A stretch of DNA of 64,000 nucleotides from Octopus bimaculoides (Eukaryota). Both the position numbers and the translations under genes were made by a program. The stretch is from the NCBI RefSeq assembly GCF_001194135.2, contig NC_068992.1, positions 49,256,480-49,320,479 of the forward strand, written 5' to 3'. Every line of letters starts with the position of its first letter. Positions within the stretch are counted from its first letter, which is position 1. Positions 23,480-35,954 of the stretch are shown piece after piece. Under the pieces are notes generated by a model. The model had not been told where the DNA came from. It saw only the letters and a list, made by a program, of their open reading frames with translations, and ran no database searches.

Positions 23480-25517
23480 TGAACATACGAAAGACAAATT
23501 TAGCTGGGGCAAAATAAGGTAAATTTGCCTCTAGCTAAACCGCTAAACAGATAAAAAGAATTAGAAGCTAATGCTAACTGATAATCACTAACTTTTATCA
23601 TATGAATTTAGTTTCAGTTTGGTTTTTTGGCTCTAAAACTTTTAAAAACAGATCCCAAAGAACTAGCGTCTCATCCATATCTCCATGCAAGCTGCAATGG
23701 TTTTTGTGAGCATGTGGTTCGTACAATTTTCGTGGGTAGGAAGGAGGCAGGACATTTGATCGCAATATCTTATAACCATATTTTGTTTATAGAAATCATA
23801 CATTGTGGTTTGACATTTGTTACTCGGCTGTTCTGAATTCATGGAGATATTGCTTATAATTCAAAGCCTTGTTATTAAACTTTTGAAAATAGTGACACAA
23901 CCTTGATAGGTGACGCTTTGTAGTGGTGGTGGTGGTGGTGGTGGTGGAGGATGAATAACTGAGATGAGGGATGGAATGATGGTCACTTAATCACATTTAT
24001 TTCAATTAGCTATTATACATTTTATTACATTATTTAAGAAAATAATTATTTAATAAATGATTAAATTAAATTAAGAAAATATGAAGTACGCCATAATAAT
24101 TAATAATCTTGTATAATTTTAATTTGTGAATACCTTGTAAAATACTGCTCCATCTGTTTATGGCTGGCCAAGATCATCCTTCCCAGAGTGCGGCAGAACA
24201 TCGACATTTTGCTGGGGGTTCAGCATCTTGATCAGGCTGATCAAAGTGGGGGACTCCGTTACATGCAGCTGTAGCATGTTTTCGAAAAACAGGTCTACAA
24301 TCCTTCTGTCCCCCATAAACTGACAGACGCCAGTGTCAGCAGTTTGGGCAAATACCTCACCAATGCTGGGCTGGCATGCTTTCTTTGCACATGGCTGCAA
24401 TGACTGGCTACCAGAAGATTGCCTGTGTTTCCCACGGGAAGAGCCGATCTCGATCCTCTCCTCAAACTGGATGGCATGCGCTGGGTGTTTCCTTTTGATA
24501 CACAACTTCAAGTTGTAGAGGCTCGCCCCTTGTCCTTTGATGGTGATCTCCTTGGGCTGGCATGTGACACACCTGAAGTACAGGATTTTGGTGTTCCTCT
24601 TATCCTTTGACATAAGGATAAAGTGTGGAGGCGCAATGGCCCAGTGGTTAGGGCAGCAGACTCACGGTCATAAGATCGCGGTTTCGATTCTCAGACCGGG
24701 CGTTGTGAGTGTTTATTGAGCGAAAACACCTAAAGCTCCACGAGGCTCCAACAGGGGATGGTGGCGAACCCTGCTGTACTCTTTCACCACAACTGTTTCT
24801 GTTGTACCTGTATTTCAAAGGGCCAGCCTTGTCACACTGAATATCCCCGAGCACTATATTAAGGGTACATGTGTCTGTGGATGCTCAGCCACTTGCACGT
24901 TAATTTCATGAGCAGGCTGTTCCATTGATCGGATCAACTGGAACCCTCGACATCACAAGCGACGGAGTGCCAGCAAACAACAAGGATAAAGTAGTTCTCC
25001 AGGTGGGGGCCACAGGTTCTGAGACTGCTGGTTCTCAACCTGAGCGACCTCTGACTCACCCACAGCAATTGCAGACTCCTCAACAGGCTCTTCATCCTCA
25101 GGCCAAACAAAAACATCTTCACCTTCCATAATGATAAGCGATAACTTGATAAGCTGATAATGTACAATGCTTTCACTGACACTGTAAGATTGTCTGTAAT
25201 GTGACAATGTTGTAACTGAACACAGCTCAAAACTGCAGAATTACACAATGCTTCTCAGCTAGCTGCTGCTGTGTCATCCGATCATGTCTTGTCATATGTA
25301 CATGTAGTCAGTCAATAGCATGCCTGACGGACTCTTTGAGGCATAGCCACAACAGACAGGAACAAATGTATGAATTTTGTTTGTGGACTTAAAGTTAGCA
25401 AGAAGCTAATTGGTCCACCAACAGTTTCCAAAGTTAGCAGAAGCACTTATCTGCTAAATGAAAAGTTAGCTTCGCTAATTAGCTGTTAGCAGATTAGCGG
25501 AACTGTGCCCACCACTG
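23480..25517 (-). mobile_element. Internally deleted hAT DNA transposon with BED zinc-finger transposase relic
   Basis: Terminus CAGTGGTGGGCA at 25517, GCTAA subterminal repeats at both ends. After removing the SINE and one extra base the frame reads WPHLENYF...FRCVTCQPK...S.YNLKLCIKRKHP...IVDLF..NML.L...ESP...LI..LNP. The left boundary is uncertain. Confidence 0.7.
24625..24981 (+). mobile_element. tRNA-derived SINE, family B, inserted into the hAT transposase
   Basis: A box TGGCCCAGTGG, B box GGTTTCGATTC, 11-bp TSD AAGGATAAAGT at 24614-24624 and 24982-24992. Confidence 0.9.
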
Positions 25518-25581
<64 letters not shown>

Positions 25582-25961
25582 GACATGCAGGAAGTAAATA
25601 GACACCTTAAATTTTCAAAATCTTTTATTTAATACGCAAAGCGAACAATTGAAATGTAATTGATAGGTAGGACTACATACTTTAGTTTTTAGTTGACATT
25701 CTCTTTGCAGTTTTTAATTCAGAAACTCTTTTTGGCATTGAACTGATGAGCTTTGTGATTGTCTCTTGTGGAATTTCTGCCCACTTTTCATGCAACAATC
25801 GAAATAATTCATCTTTAGAATGCCTAGACTCCGGTTGTTTGTTGTGATAAGGTTTCTATGGTTGGATGCCCTTCCTAATGCCAACCACTTTACAGAGTGT
25901 GTAGGGTGCCTTTTACATACCACCAACACATGTATGTGTGTATGTATGTATGTATGCATAT

Positions 25962-26045
<84 letters not shown>

Positions 26046-26528
26046 CATACAATGCATATTCCAGTTTTAGACTAAGTGGACTGAGGGACACAGAGGTGTA
26101 CTGATTAGGTACACAGAGTGTATCATAAAAAGTTACTAAAAAGGAGAACAAGACGAGCAGCAAGGTGCAACCACATTTTCAGAAAGTGCACATTTAAACA
26201 TGTACCAGCAAAGAAATGTAGACATAAAGTACTTCTGTGCAAAAGAAGTCACCAAATTACAATAATGAGAGAAGACAATGCATTTTGATATTTCACTGGG
26301 AGGAAAGAAAAGTTCACTTACTGAATTTATATTCAACATTCTTGTGCTAGAAAATAAAGTGTTGACATTATGTAACATATTGCATATATATATATATGTG
26401 TTTGTATATATATGAGTGTATATATTTATATTTATTTATAAATGTATATGTATATATATGTATGTTTACGTATGTGTACGTATGTGTATATATATATATA
26501 TATATAGTCTGTTAAAGTCTGTCATACC

Positions 26529-26568
26529 GGCCATGACGAAGGGAAATAGCCCTGAAACTCGAGTCGCC
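26529..26568 (+). ncRNA. Minimal hammerhead-like motif with one core deviation
   Basis: GGC-C-A-UGACGA, stem II AGGG/CCCU, GAA, perfect palindrome ACUCGAGU, GUC triplet, GCC. There is an extra or substituted A at the C3/U4 position. Embedded between (TA)n tracts. Confidence 0.5.
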
Positions 26569-26877
26569 TTTATATATATATATTTATATTTATATATTTA
26601 TATATTTGATCCTTTATATTGAACACTCAATATTTCATCTACATTCAATACTTTCTTTCATGGTGCCATCCATTTTTATTTTATTTTATTTTATATTGTA
26701 TATTGTATATCATATTATATATTGTATATTCCATATTCTATACCCCACATTAGTTCTGCAGGAATATAAATAAAACATAAAAAACAGACAGTGTTGGAAC
26801 TCTTTTAAGCAAAATAATATATTCCTCTATACACAATCATACAAAAAACCCCCACCTTTTTTGTATTTATTTTTACT

Positions 26878-26918
<41 letters not shown>

Positions 26919-27184
26919 GTGTGTACACAGATATGTGTGTGTTAGTGTATACATACACTTCCCCTTTAATTCTTTGCTATTTCAGTGTTATTTCACATTA
27001 AAGACAAAACCTACTTAATGATTCAGTTTCACCCCAAGAAAATGACATTGGAACAAAAAAAAAAAAATTGAGAAAAAAAAAATGATGAAGAATAAAGCCC
27101 TTGGTAGTTTGTGTGAATAGGGAATAATGCTAATGACTGGTGAATAGATGATATAATGTTATTTCAGCAGATATAGTCACCCAC

Positions 27185-27229
27185 CTGACATCTCCTAAAT
27201 CTGACATGACATTCAAAAACAGATAAATG
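27185..27229 (-). CDS. Candidate distal first coding exon of the GH31-like gene (MSDLGDV)
   Basis: Acceptor aatttaattttcAG (27231-27230), ATG at 27207-27205, 23 coding nt, then AG|GTGGGT in phase 2. In frame with both the 21666 and the 8017 acceptors. Confidence 0.35.
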
Positions 27230-27441
27230 CTGAAAATTAAATTTCTGTTGTATTTTGTACGATACATTTTGGGAACTGTTGTCAGTTTAACCTCGTTTAT
27301 TTTCAAATGAAATGAAAGATATATTTTATATAATTCAGTTTGACTAGACACAAAGCCTTTAGTTACAAAAGCTTCTGTGTTTTTTTCTTTTTCTTTTAAT
27401 TTTTTTTATATCATTAGGCACAAGAACCTTTAGGATATTTG

Positions 27442-27575
27442 TATGAGGTGGCATCAAAAGGTTTCTGGACTAGTTCTGTAGCATGCCAACAGATGGCAGC
27501 ACATGGTTGCGTGCACATTGAGAGCTAACTGTGACCTTCATGAAGCAGTTTGTTGAGTGACATCACTGCTTTGTG
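27442..27575 (+). mobile_element. mariner-like terminal fragment
   Basis: TATGAGGTGGCATCAAAAGGTTTCTGGACT...CAGATGGCAGCAC resembles mariner-family left ends. Confidence 0.4.
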
Positions 27576-27955
27576 TGCCTTAAGTGTACTTTGATTGACT
27601 TTTATATGACTTGATTGACTTATATGTGCCTTGAGTGCCTTATATATCTTGAGTGCCTTATATTTCATGTTGCCTTATGTGTCAGGGTAAAGCATGAAGA
27701 AGCAACGAGGTAAAAGAACCTTAGAGTGTTGGTCTAGATGTTATTAAATATTTAGTTATACTCTTTTACGTTATAAGTTAAAATCCTTCTAGGGTTGATT
27801 CAGTATTTCATTGCTTCCAGATCAAAGAAATAAATTTCAGTGAACACTCTACAAATGACTGGTAATTAAAGCATAATTAAAACAATATAGTTTCTATTAC
27901 ATCTCTTGTTATGATATATATTTAGGGGCTGACCTGATAAAATATCAGCCATATA

Positions 27956-28353
27956 GGCGCAGGAGTGGCTGTGTGGTAAATAGCTTGCTTACCAACCACA
28001 TGGTTCTGGGTTCATTCCCACTGCGTGGCACCTTGGGCAAGTGTCTTCTACTATAGCCTCGGGCCAACCAAAGCCTTGTGAGTGGATTTGGTAGACGGAA
28101 ACTGAAAGAAGCCCGTCGTATATATGTATGTATGTGTGTGTATATGTTTGTGTGTCTGTGTCCCCCCAACATCGCTTGACAACCGATGGTGGTGTGTTTA
28201 GGTCACCGTAACTTAGCGGTTTGGCAAAAGAGACCGATAGAATAAGTACTAGGCATCCAAAGAATAAGTCCTGGGGTCGATTTGCTCGACAAAAGGCAGT
28301 GCTCCAGCATGGCCGCAGTCAAATGACTGAAACAAGTAAAAGAGTAAAAGAGT
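27956..28353 (+). mobile_element. tRNA-derived SINE, family A (full length, with internal TA/TG microsatellite)
   Basis: tRNA-like head (TGGCTGTGTGG...GGTTCATTCCC), GCACCTTGGGCAAGTGTCTT core, (AAGAGTA)n tail; many copies in the window. Confidence 0.9.
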
Positions 28354-28974
28354 ATATACTAAGGGTTAATTTATTTAGGTATATGGCATGCTTAGAAATT
28401 TGTGGAACTTGTGCCAATATTAAAAATTTTATTTTTTTTATTTCATGTCCATATGGATGGAGTCTATAGAATGTATTCAGTCACATTAATGCTTTTTTTC
28501 TCAAATGTGCAGAATTTGTAACAAGTGTCAGGAATCCGACATTTCATTGCTCTGGTTATCGATAAATAAGTATCAGTTATATTTTGGTGTTGAGTCAATC
28601 AGCTATTATACCACTGTCTTACAGATGTGTGACCTTGTTTGGACTCAATACTCTGTTTATAGATCAAAGACACCCATCCACAAAATAATTCAAGGACAAT
28701 GGACCCAGGATGATAACGAGAGAGCTTAATGTGAATGATGACCTAGATATGGGGGAGGTGAACATATCCGCTCATTGACATTATATGAACTTTGCAGCAG
28801 GAATTCCAGGTCAGTCTTAAACCCACAAGTCAGATGAGTTCCACTAAATTCCATCTTGTCAAATGTAGAGTAATTTCAAAATGTTGCAGGAAGAGAACAT
28901 TTTTAATATTATTATCGTTTACACCCAACAGATTAGACTTGGAAAAAATTCCTAACATCAGGCTATAAGTAACC

Positions 28975-29150
28975 TTAGATGTCAAGAACCTTCCTAAGTA
29001 TTCTAGTTGTTCCTAATAATATTGTTTTCTGGAGCTGCGCTAAACTACATTTTATGCCTGTTTCCTCTATCCATCTGTTCAAATCTTTAGGAACAGTTCC
29101 TAATGTCTTTATAACTACAGGGATACATTTTACTCGCATTTTCCATAATC
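28975..29150 (-). mobile_element. R4/Dong-type (REL endonuclease) LINE 3' fragment
   Basis: RLWKMRVKCIPVVI.TLGTVPKDL......GI.CSLAQLQKTILLGTTRILRKVLDI*. Confidence 0.8.
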
Positions 29151-30530
29151 TCTGTAGACGGCCCTGCTTGATCTGTAGAAAAGGCGTAGGTAGAAACTCC
29201 ATAAGATGTACCCAGTGTAAGCTATGGACACATAAGAGGTGCAACAATATCAAAGGAAGGCTAACTGGGAAGATAGTTTTTGTGTATGGCAAATGCTCAG
29301 GTGCAATAAACACTGAAAATGTGCAGAGAACAGTTTCCATCGCATTCCATGGGGAAAAACTACAAGTAGTTGATAGCTTCCATTACCTAGGTGACTAAGT
29401 CAGTAGCAGGGGTGGATGCTCTGAGAGCATAGCTGCTAGAATAAGAATAAATTGGGAAAAGTACAGAGAGCTCCTACCTCTGTTGGGAACAAAGTGCTTG
29501 TCACTTAGAGTGAAAGGCAGACTGTATGATGCCTGTGTGTGAACAGCCATGCTATGCGGCAGTGAAACATGGGCTGTGACTGCTGAGGACATGAAGCTAG
29601 TATGCTCCACTGGATGTGTAATGTCAGTGTGCATGCACAGCAAAGTGTAAGTGTCTTGAGAGAAAAGTTGGACTCGAGAAGCATCAGATGTGGTGTGCAA
29701 GAGAGACAACTGCGCTGGTATGGCCATGTGATGCATATGGATGAGGACAGCTGTGTGAAGAAGTGTTGCACTCTAACGGTGGAGGGAAACTGTGGAAGAG
29801 ATAGACCCAGGAAGACATGGGATAAGGTGTGAAGCATGATCTTCAAATGTTGAGCCTCACAGAGGCAATGATAAGTGACTGAGACCTTTGATGATATGCT
29901 GAGATTGTAGATACGCTGAGATTGGAGATACACTGAGAAGTGAGATTGTAGCCATGGTCAATGACAGTGTCATTTAACTGGCCCATTAAAAGCACCCTTT
30001 TTGTGAAGACCTGTTGAGCCGAGTGAAATCGTAGTTGTGGCTGATGCCAGTGTCGCATAACTGGCCTATTAAAAGCACCCTTCAATCGTTGGGTGATATG
30101 CACTGCTTGTGAAGACCTGTTGAACTAAGTGAAATCATAGTCGTGGCCGATGCCAGTGCCGTCTGACTGGCCCCCATGCCAGTGGCATGTAAGAAGTACC
30201 ATTCGAGTGTTGGGCCTCATGGAGACTGTGACAGGTGAGTGAGACCCTTGGTGATATACCATGCTTGTGTTGACCTGTCAAGCCAAGTGAGACTGTAGTT
30301 GTGGCTGATGCTGGTGTCAGGTCAATAGCACCCATGCTGGTGGCACGTAAAACGCACCCACTATACTCTCGGAGTGGTTGGCGTTAGGAAAGGCATCCAG
30401 GCGTAGAAACCTTGCCAAATCAGATTGGAACCTGGTGCAGCCCACCAACTTATCAGTTTTCACTCAAACCGTCCAACCCATGCCAGCATTAAAAGCAGAC
30501 GTTAAACAGTGATGATGATGATGATGATAC
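29150..30530 (+). mobile_element. 5'-truncated RTE-clade LINE (PHD-like finger, RT C-terminal region, 3' UTR, (GAT)n tail)
   Basis: CLICRKGVGRNSIRCTQCKLWTHKRC; VVDSFHYLGD; KGRLYDACV..AML.GSETW; LRWYGHV; GRDRPRKTW. Contains in-frame stops. The 3' UTR ends TTAAAC(GAT)n. Confidence 0.88.
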
Positions 30531-32696
30531 ATATGTGTGCGTGAGTGTTTGTTCTCCACCACCACTTGACAACCCGTGTTGGTTTGTTTACGTCCACGTA
30601 AATTAGCAGTTTTTTTTGCAAAGAGTGATTGATAGAATAAGTATCTGGTTTAAAAAAAGAAAATAAATCCAGGGATCGATTTATTCGACAAAAAATTCTT
30701 CAAGATGGTGCCCCAGTATGGCCGCAGTCAAATGACTGAAACAAGCGAAATATAAAAGATAAATAATTCTATTTGTTAAAACTTTGATTCTGCTTGCATT
30801 TTGACTTATTCAATAAAATTATAAATTCCAATTGATTCTGCAAACAACTGGCTGTTTTTTCGTAAGAGAATTTGGTCACTAATTCCAAAATAACTTAGAA
30901 AGGAAGAAATAATTTTATATTCATCAAATACATACCATAACAATATACTTAGGGTGGGTTTAAAATCACTTCTAAACATTTCTTTGTTGTCCCCCAAAGG
31001 AAAATCTTCAGAAATATCTGTCACAGAGAAATAGCGAATAACGGGACATGACTCAACAAAATAACATTTTCTCTAGATGAGTAGTCTCCCATGATTATTT
31101 TATATTTTTAAGCTATAATGAAAGTGTGAAGGAAGGTAACTCTAGCTATTTTGTATCGGTCATCAAAATAACTGAACGACGAAATCCCGATTCTTCCTAC
31201 AAACATTATTATTTGGTGAATTTAGGTGGCAAGCTGGTAGAATCGTTAGCGTGTCGAACAAAATGCTGAGCAACATTTCTTTCGGATCAGTATATTCAGA
31301 ATTCAAATCTCGCCGAAAATATGTTTGCTTTTCTTTCGGAATCGGTAAAATACTGTACCCGTTGAGAACTGAAGTTAGACTGGGAAAATTTAGTGCAAAT
31401 CTTAACTAGGCTCTTCCTACAACCTAACCTGAATGTTTGAAACAGATTGGACTCTGCTAAAAATACCCAAAGTGCCATGGGTGATGTTTTAAACTGGACA
31501 ATTGACTAAGTTTACTTAAAAAAAAATCAAGGTGGGGTAAAATGATTTTGTTTTAATACCAGAACATGAAGAAGACATTACAAGTGAAGGGTTTCAACCA
31601 CCTCAGTCAACCATCAAATAAAACAAACAAACATGTTATCTGAAATATACTCTGTATACTCTTCCCCCATCACCTAGAAGTATTTTGGAACTGATAAATT
31701 CTTTGATTTCTCCAATTGTAACTTTTAGGTTTCCTCAATGGAAGTAATGTTATATATATATATATTGCTCCCATTGAAGTGACTCTGGTGAACATCAGGA
31801 GTACAACATGCGTTGCAAAGGTGTATCTGGTGTAACTTCCACAATGTTACAGTTATATAAGTTACCCTGGTAAGAACCAGGTGTTCTGTAAATATTCTGA
31901 TAAAACTCTCACAAACGTTGCCTTCCTGGCACTTGTGCTGGTGGCACACTAGAAAATCATTCGAGCGAGGTCGTTGTCAGTGCTGCTGGACTGGCTCTCG
32001 TGCAGGTGGCATGTAAAAGACACCCTTTTGAGCATGGCCGTTGCCAGTACTGTGTGACTGCCCCTTGTGCCGGTGGCACGTAAAAGCACCCACTACACTC
32101 TTGGAGTGGTTGGCGTTAGGAAGGGCATCCAGCTGTAGAAACTCTGCCAGATCAGATTGGAGCCTGGTGCAGCCTTCTGGTTCGCCAGTCCTCAGTCAAA
32201 TCGTCCAACCCATGCGAGCATGGAAAGTGGACGTTAAACGATGATGATGATGATGATGATTCTGGTGAGTGTAAGGAGTACTGTAAATGTTGGTTTAAAA
32301 AATTTGGCACAAGGCCAGCGAGTTTGAGAGAAGGAATAAGTCAGTTACATAGACCCCAGTACTCAACTGGTACTTATTTTATGAACCCTGAAAGGATGAA
32401 AAGCAAAGTTGACCATGGCGAAATTTGAACTCAGATTGTAAGGACGGACGAAGTGTCGCTAAACATTTTGCCCAGTAGGCTATCAGTTCTACCAGCTCAC
32501 CACCTCGAGCACTGTACATATTGTAAAGTTGTATATAACATAACTCCTAAAGTGTTAAAACATTAACATCAACAAACACCAGGTTTTCCTTTCCATACCT
32601 TACAAAGTTATTAGCCCTGAACAACTATTGACCCATGACCCTTCTGTTTATAGATTTATTGGGGCTATATTTATTACACAGTCAAGCAGTCTAGAC

Positions 32697-33613
32697 CAGA
32701 GCTTCTTAAGGTGGGTGGTACCACTCACTTTGGGATGTTGTGTACTCACAAAGAGGAAGCAAATGTCAAGAGGGTACTATGGGGCCACTGTATTTAGAGG
32801 GCTGTGACCCTTCTTAGAAATAAAATTTTGAAACCAGATACAATATTTGTTATATTTTAATCATTAAAATTAAAAAAAAAACATTCTGGGTTTAAAATAT
32901 GAAGAGAGCATTGTGTTATTAGTGAACAGAATATATTATTGGTGATGTATCAAGGTCCAATACTATTTCTTTATATAAGTTCTTATGTTCTTTAGTGGAG
33001 GCGCAATGGCTCAGTGGTTAGGGCAGCGAACTTGCGGTCATACGACTGCGGTTTAGATTCCCAGACCGGGTGTTGTGAGTGTTTATTGAGCGAAAACACC
33101 TAAAGCTCCATGAGGCTCCGGCAGGGGATGGTGGCGAACCCTGCTGTACTCTTTCACCACAACTTTCTCTCACTCTTTCTTCCTGTTTCTGTTGTGCCTG
33201 TAATTCAAAGGGTCAGCCTTGTCACACTGTGTCACGCTGAATATCCCCGAGAACTATGTTAAGGAGTGCTCAGCCACTTGCACGTTAATTTCATGAGCAG
33301 GCTGTTCCGTTGATTGGATCAACTGGAACCCTCGACGTCGTAAGCGACGGAGTGCCAACAACAACATGTTCTTTTGTAATTTCCATTAAAAATCTAATAT
33401 AGTGGGACACTAGTCCAAGCAAATATCTAAATAGAGACACATACTGGCTGGGATAGCTTAAGAAAATATAGATAGTAAACTGCTGTGCCAAATTAGCTTA
33501 TGTTTGATTAAAATAATCTGTTGTTATTTTTTTGTAAAATACGAGGGGTGGGTGTTTGTAAAATGCCATTCTGGGAAAAGGGACATTAAACTATAAATCG
33601 TTGAGAACCAATA
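32697..33613. mobile_element. hAT-Charlie-type MITE carrying a SINE insertion
   Basis: 8-bp TSD GTCTAGAC (32689-32696, 33614-33621) and degenerate CAGTGGTTCTCAA-like TIRs. Confidence 0.65.
32994..33365 (+). mobile_element. tRNA-derived SINE, family B, inserted in a hAT MITE
   Basis: Same head and body as 24625; TSD ATGTTCTTT at 32985-32993 and 33366-33374. Confidence 0.9.
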
Positions 33614-35893
33614 GTCTAGACCATATCCTTCTAACAGAATATATTCCAACTTAGAATAATTGCCAGCCCTCTACTTGCAACAAGTGAAGCTAACATTAAA
33701 ATACTGCTCAAATATTTGAGATTATGTCACACTCCTACACATACAAACATTCTAGACAACATCTCACTTATCCCCACCAAAACACATAATTTTGACAATT
33801 CTCTCATAGCCACTTATAACAACATTATATATAAAAAATCGCATTTTAAGAAGAACCTTTTGTTCCCCGCCCAAAGGAAAAATAAACTATGAAAATGATA
33901 TGTTTTGGTTGAACTATAGTGAAAGTTTTGAGTGTTGTGTTGTGTGATAAAGAGTTTATCCAAATATTGCCTGTTTTCATGTGTGAACCTTTACTGTTAA
34001 TAGTCTCAGTCAAGTGATAGGTTGTATGTTTGTACCCAGATATATATAGACAGCCAAAATGCCATGCATAAGTATTAATATATCAATGACATAATCTCAT
34101 TATGCAATTATTCACACTATATAATATTCATAACAATGGTTCCGTATATTGTGAAAACACGGATTCCTGTAACTAAAGGTTTCTTCCAATTAGGTTTGAT
34201 CCTATTCCACATCACCATAAAAGATGCTTCTCAAACCATGAGAGGTACTGTTGCAAAGATAGTACTATCATCACTCATGCCATTATCTTCGCTTATTTCA
34301 AGTGTTTCAAGTCTAGGCCTGGTTTAGTCTGCATGAGCCAAAATTCTGATCTCATTTCTTGTAATAATAGCAATGTCATTTTCAAAAAGCATCATGAAAT
34401 CCCTCTTTTTGACACCACATCTGCTGTTCTGAGGAATAGGTCACAGTCAAGAGTGCACTGATCTGAGTTTATTTTTATTGGTGCATATAAGTATACAAAA
34501 GTCTGTACATGAGTACACACACACACATATGCAAAGGCATATTTAATTGCCAATTAATGCTTTTTTTCTTCCACCTTCTTTTCTTTCACTCTGCTGCACA
34601 CTTTCTATTTTATATCTTCAGAATTGGTGGTTGAACTAGCAGCCTAGTCAGTTCATTTCTCCAGGGATGATGTGAATTCTGACTTACTTAACCAAGAAGG
34701 TGATAAGAAAGAAAGTGTTTTGGTCGCACATGCAAACACACCTACAGATCCATATCCCTCCTACACACACAGAGTCTCACATGCATAAGCTTATTGATAA
34801 ACAACCATCATTATAAGAAAATTTCTTAATTTTGGTCAGGTGGTAAGTTTCAGTAGTTCTTGGCTGTATTCCATAAGAAATAGCTACTTTTTTTTAAAAC
34901 TGAATATCATTTCCTGCTTTTGTATGAAGTTCACATATGCAACAAAGAAAATAATATCCCAACTGCAGCCATTCCAATATTCTTGATCTTTCTTCAATGA
35001 GATTCACTTGCACCAGGTCCTCTTGAATACTTTTATCACTTTAACCAATCTTAAACAAACTCACAACCTGTCACTAAGGTGATACAGAAATTTTGTAATG
35101 AACTCAAAGGATTCTTGTCACACAGATATGAACTTAGTTTTGTAAAGGCCATCGTTTAAGTCTCGCATTATTTGCTATCTTCTTCTGTTTTTTACTGAAA
35201 CAGATGTCCTCCAGTTGTTTCCAATGAACCATAAGTGTCACCATCTATATAATTTCAGGAGTTGCCCTTGATAAAAATAATTCTGTTATCTTCTTCAGAA
35301 CACCATGTTCATTATTATCTCTCAATTGTATTTTCTTTCTTGTTGTCTAGTGGTGGCTGCGTAACATTCTTAATCTTTTCTAAACAAGGTCAGGATCAAT
35401 CGACACCAATTCAGATCCCATCGACCATGTATTTGTCATGTCATATGAGACAGAGTTCATTAAAAAATTATCATATTAACACGTGATCCTTTACACATAC
35501 AGTAGCACACAATCAACTGCTTATAGAATAACAGTTGCCCTAAATATATACTTAATCAATTGAAAATATACAAAAAGAATACATCAACATTTATATATCT
35601 ATGATATATTTACAATATGCAATTTTCACACTGTACATTATTCATAGAATTGGTTTCACACTTTACTCTGACACTAACATCATCACAGTGCATTTATTAA
35701 GTTAATTTATATTGCTGTCTGCATAAATACATACACATATGCTATAAGTTGGAGCATTCGCTGTTTGGTACTAAACATTTTATGTATTTCCTCAATTCAT
35801 TGAGAGACTAGGTGACTATCAGTAAAGTAGCAGACAACTAAACAAGAGACATGAGGTTTATATATTGTTATTGCTGCTGTCTTGTATGTATGG

Positions 35894-35954
35894 CAGCTCA
35901 AATAACTCAGTCAGCTCAAATAACTCAGTCAGCTCAAATAACTCAGTCAGCTCA
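35894..35954. repeat. 18-bp tandem repeat, 3.4 copies
   Basis: (CAGCTCAAATAACTCAGT)3 CAGCTCA. Confidence 0.95.

Noticed and set aside
24625-24700. tRNA-like sequences (also 27956, 32994 and others)
   Set aside because: Pol III A/B-box heads of SINEs continuing into SINE bodies with TSDs; no complete cloverleaf.
34200-35480. Faint similarity to an ancient LINE RT on the minus strand
   Set aside because: Too many stops and frameshifts to support a call without a profile search.
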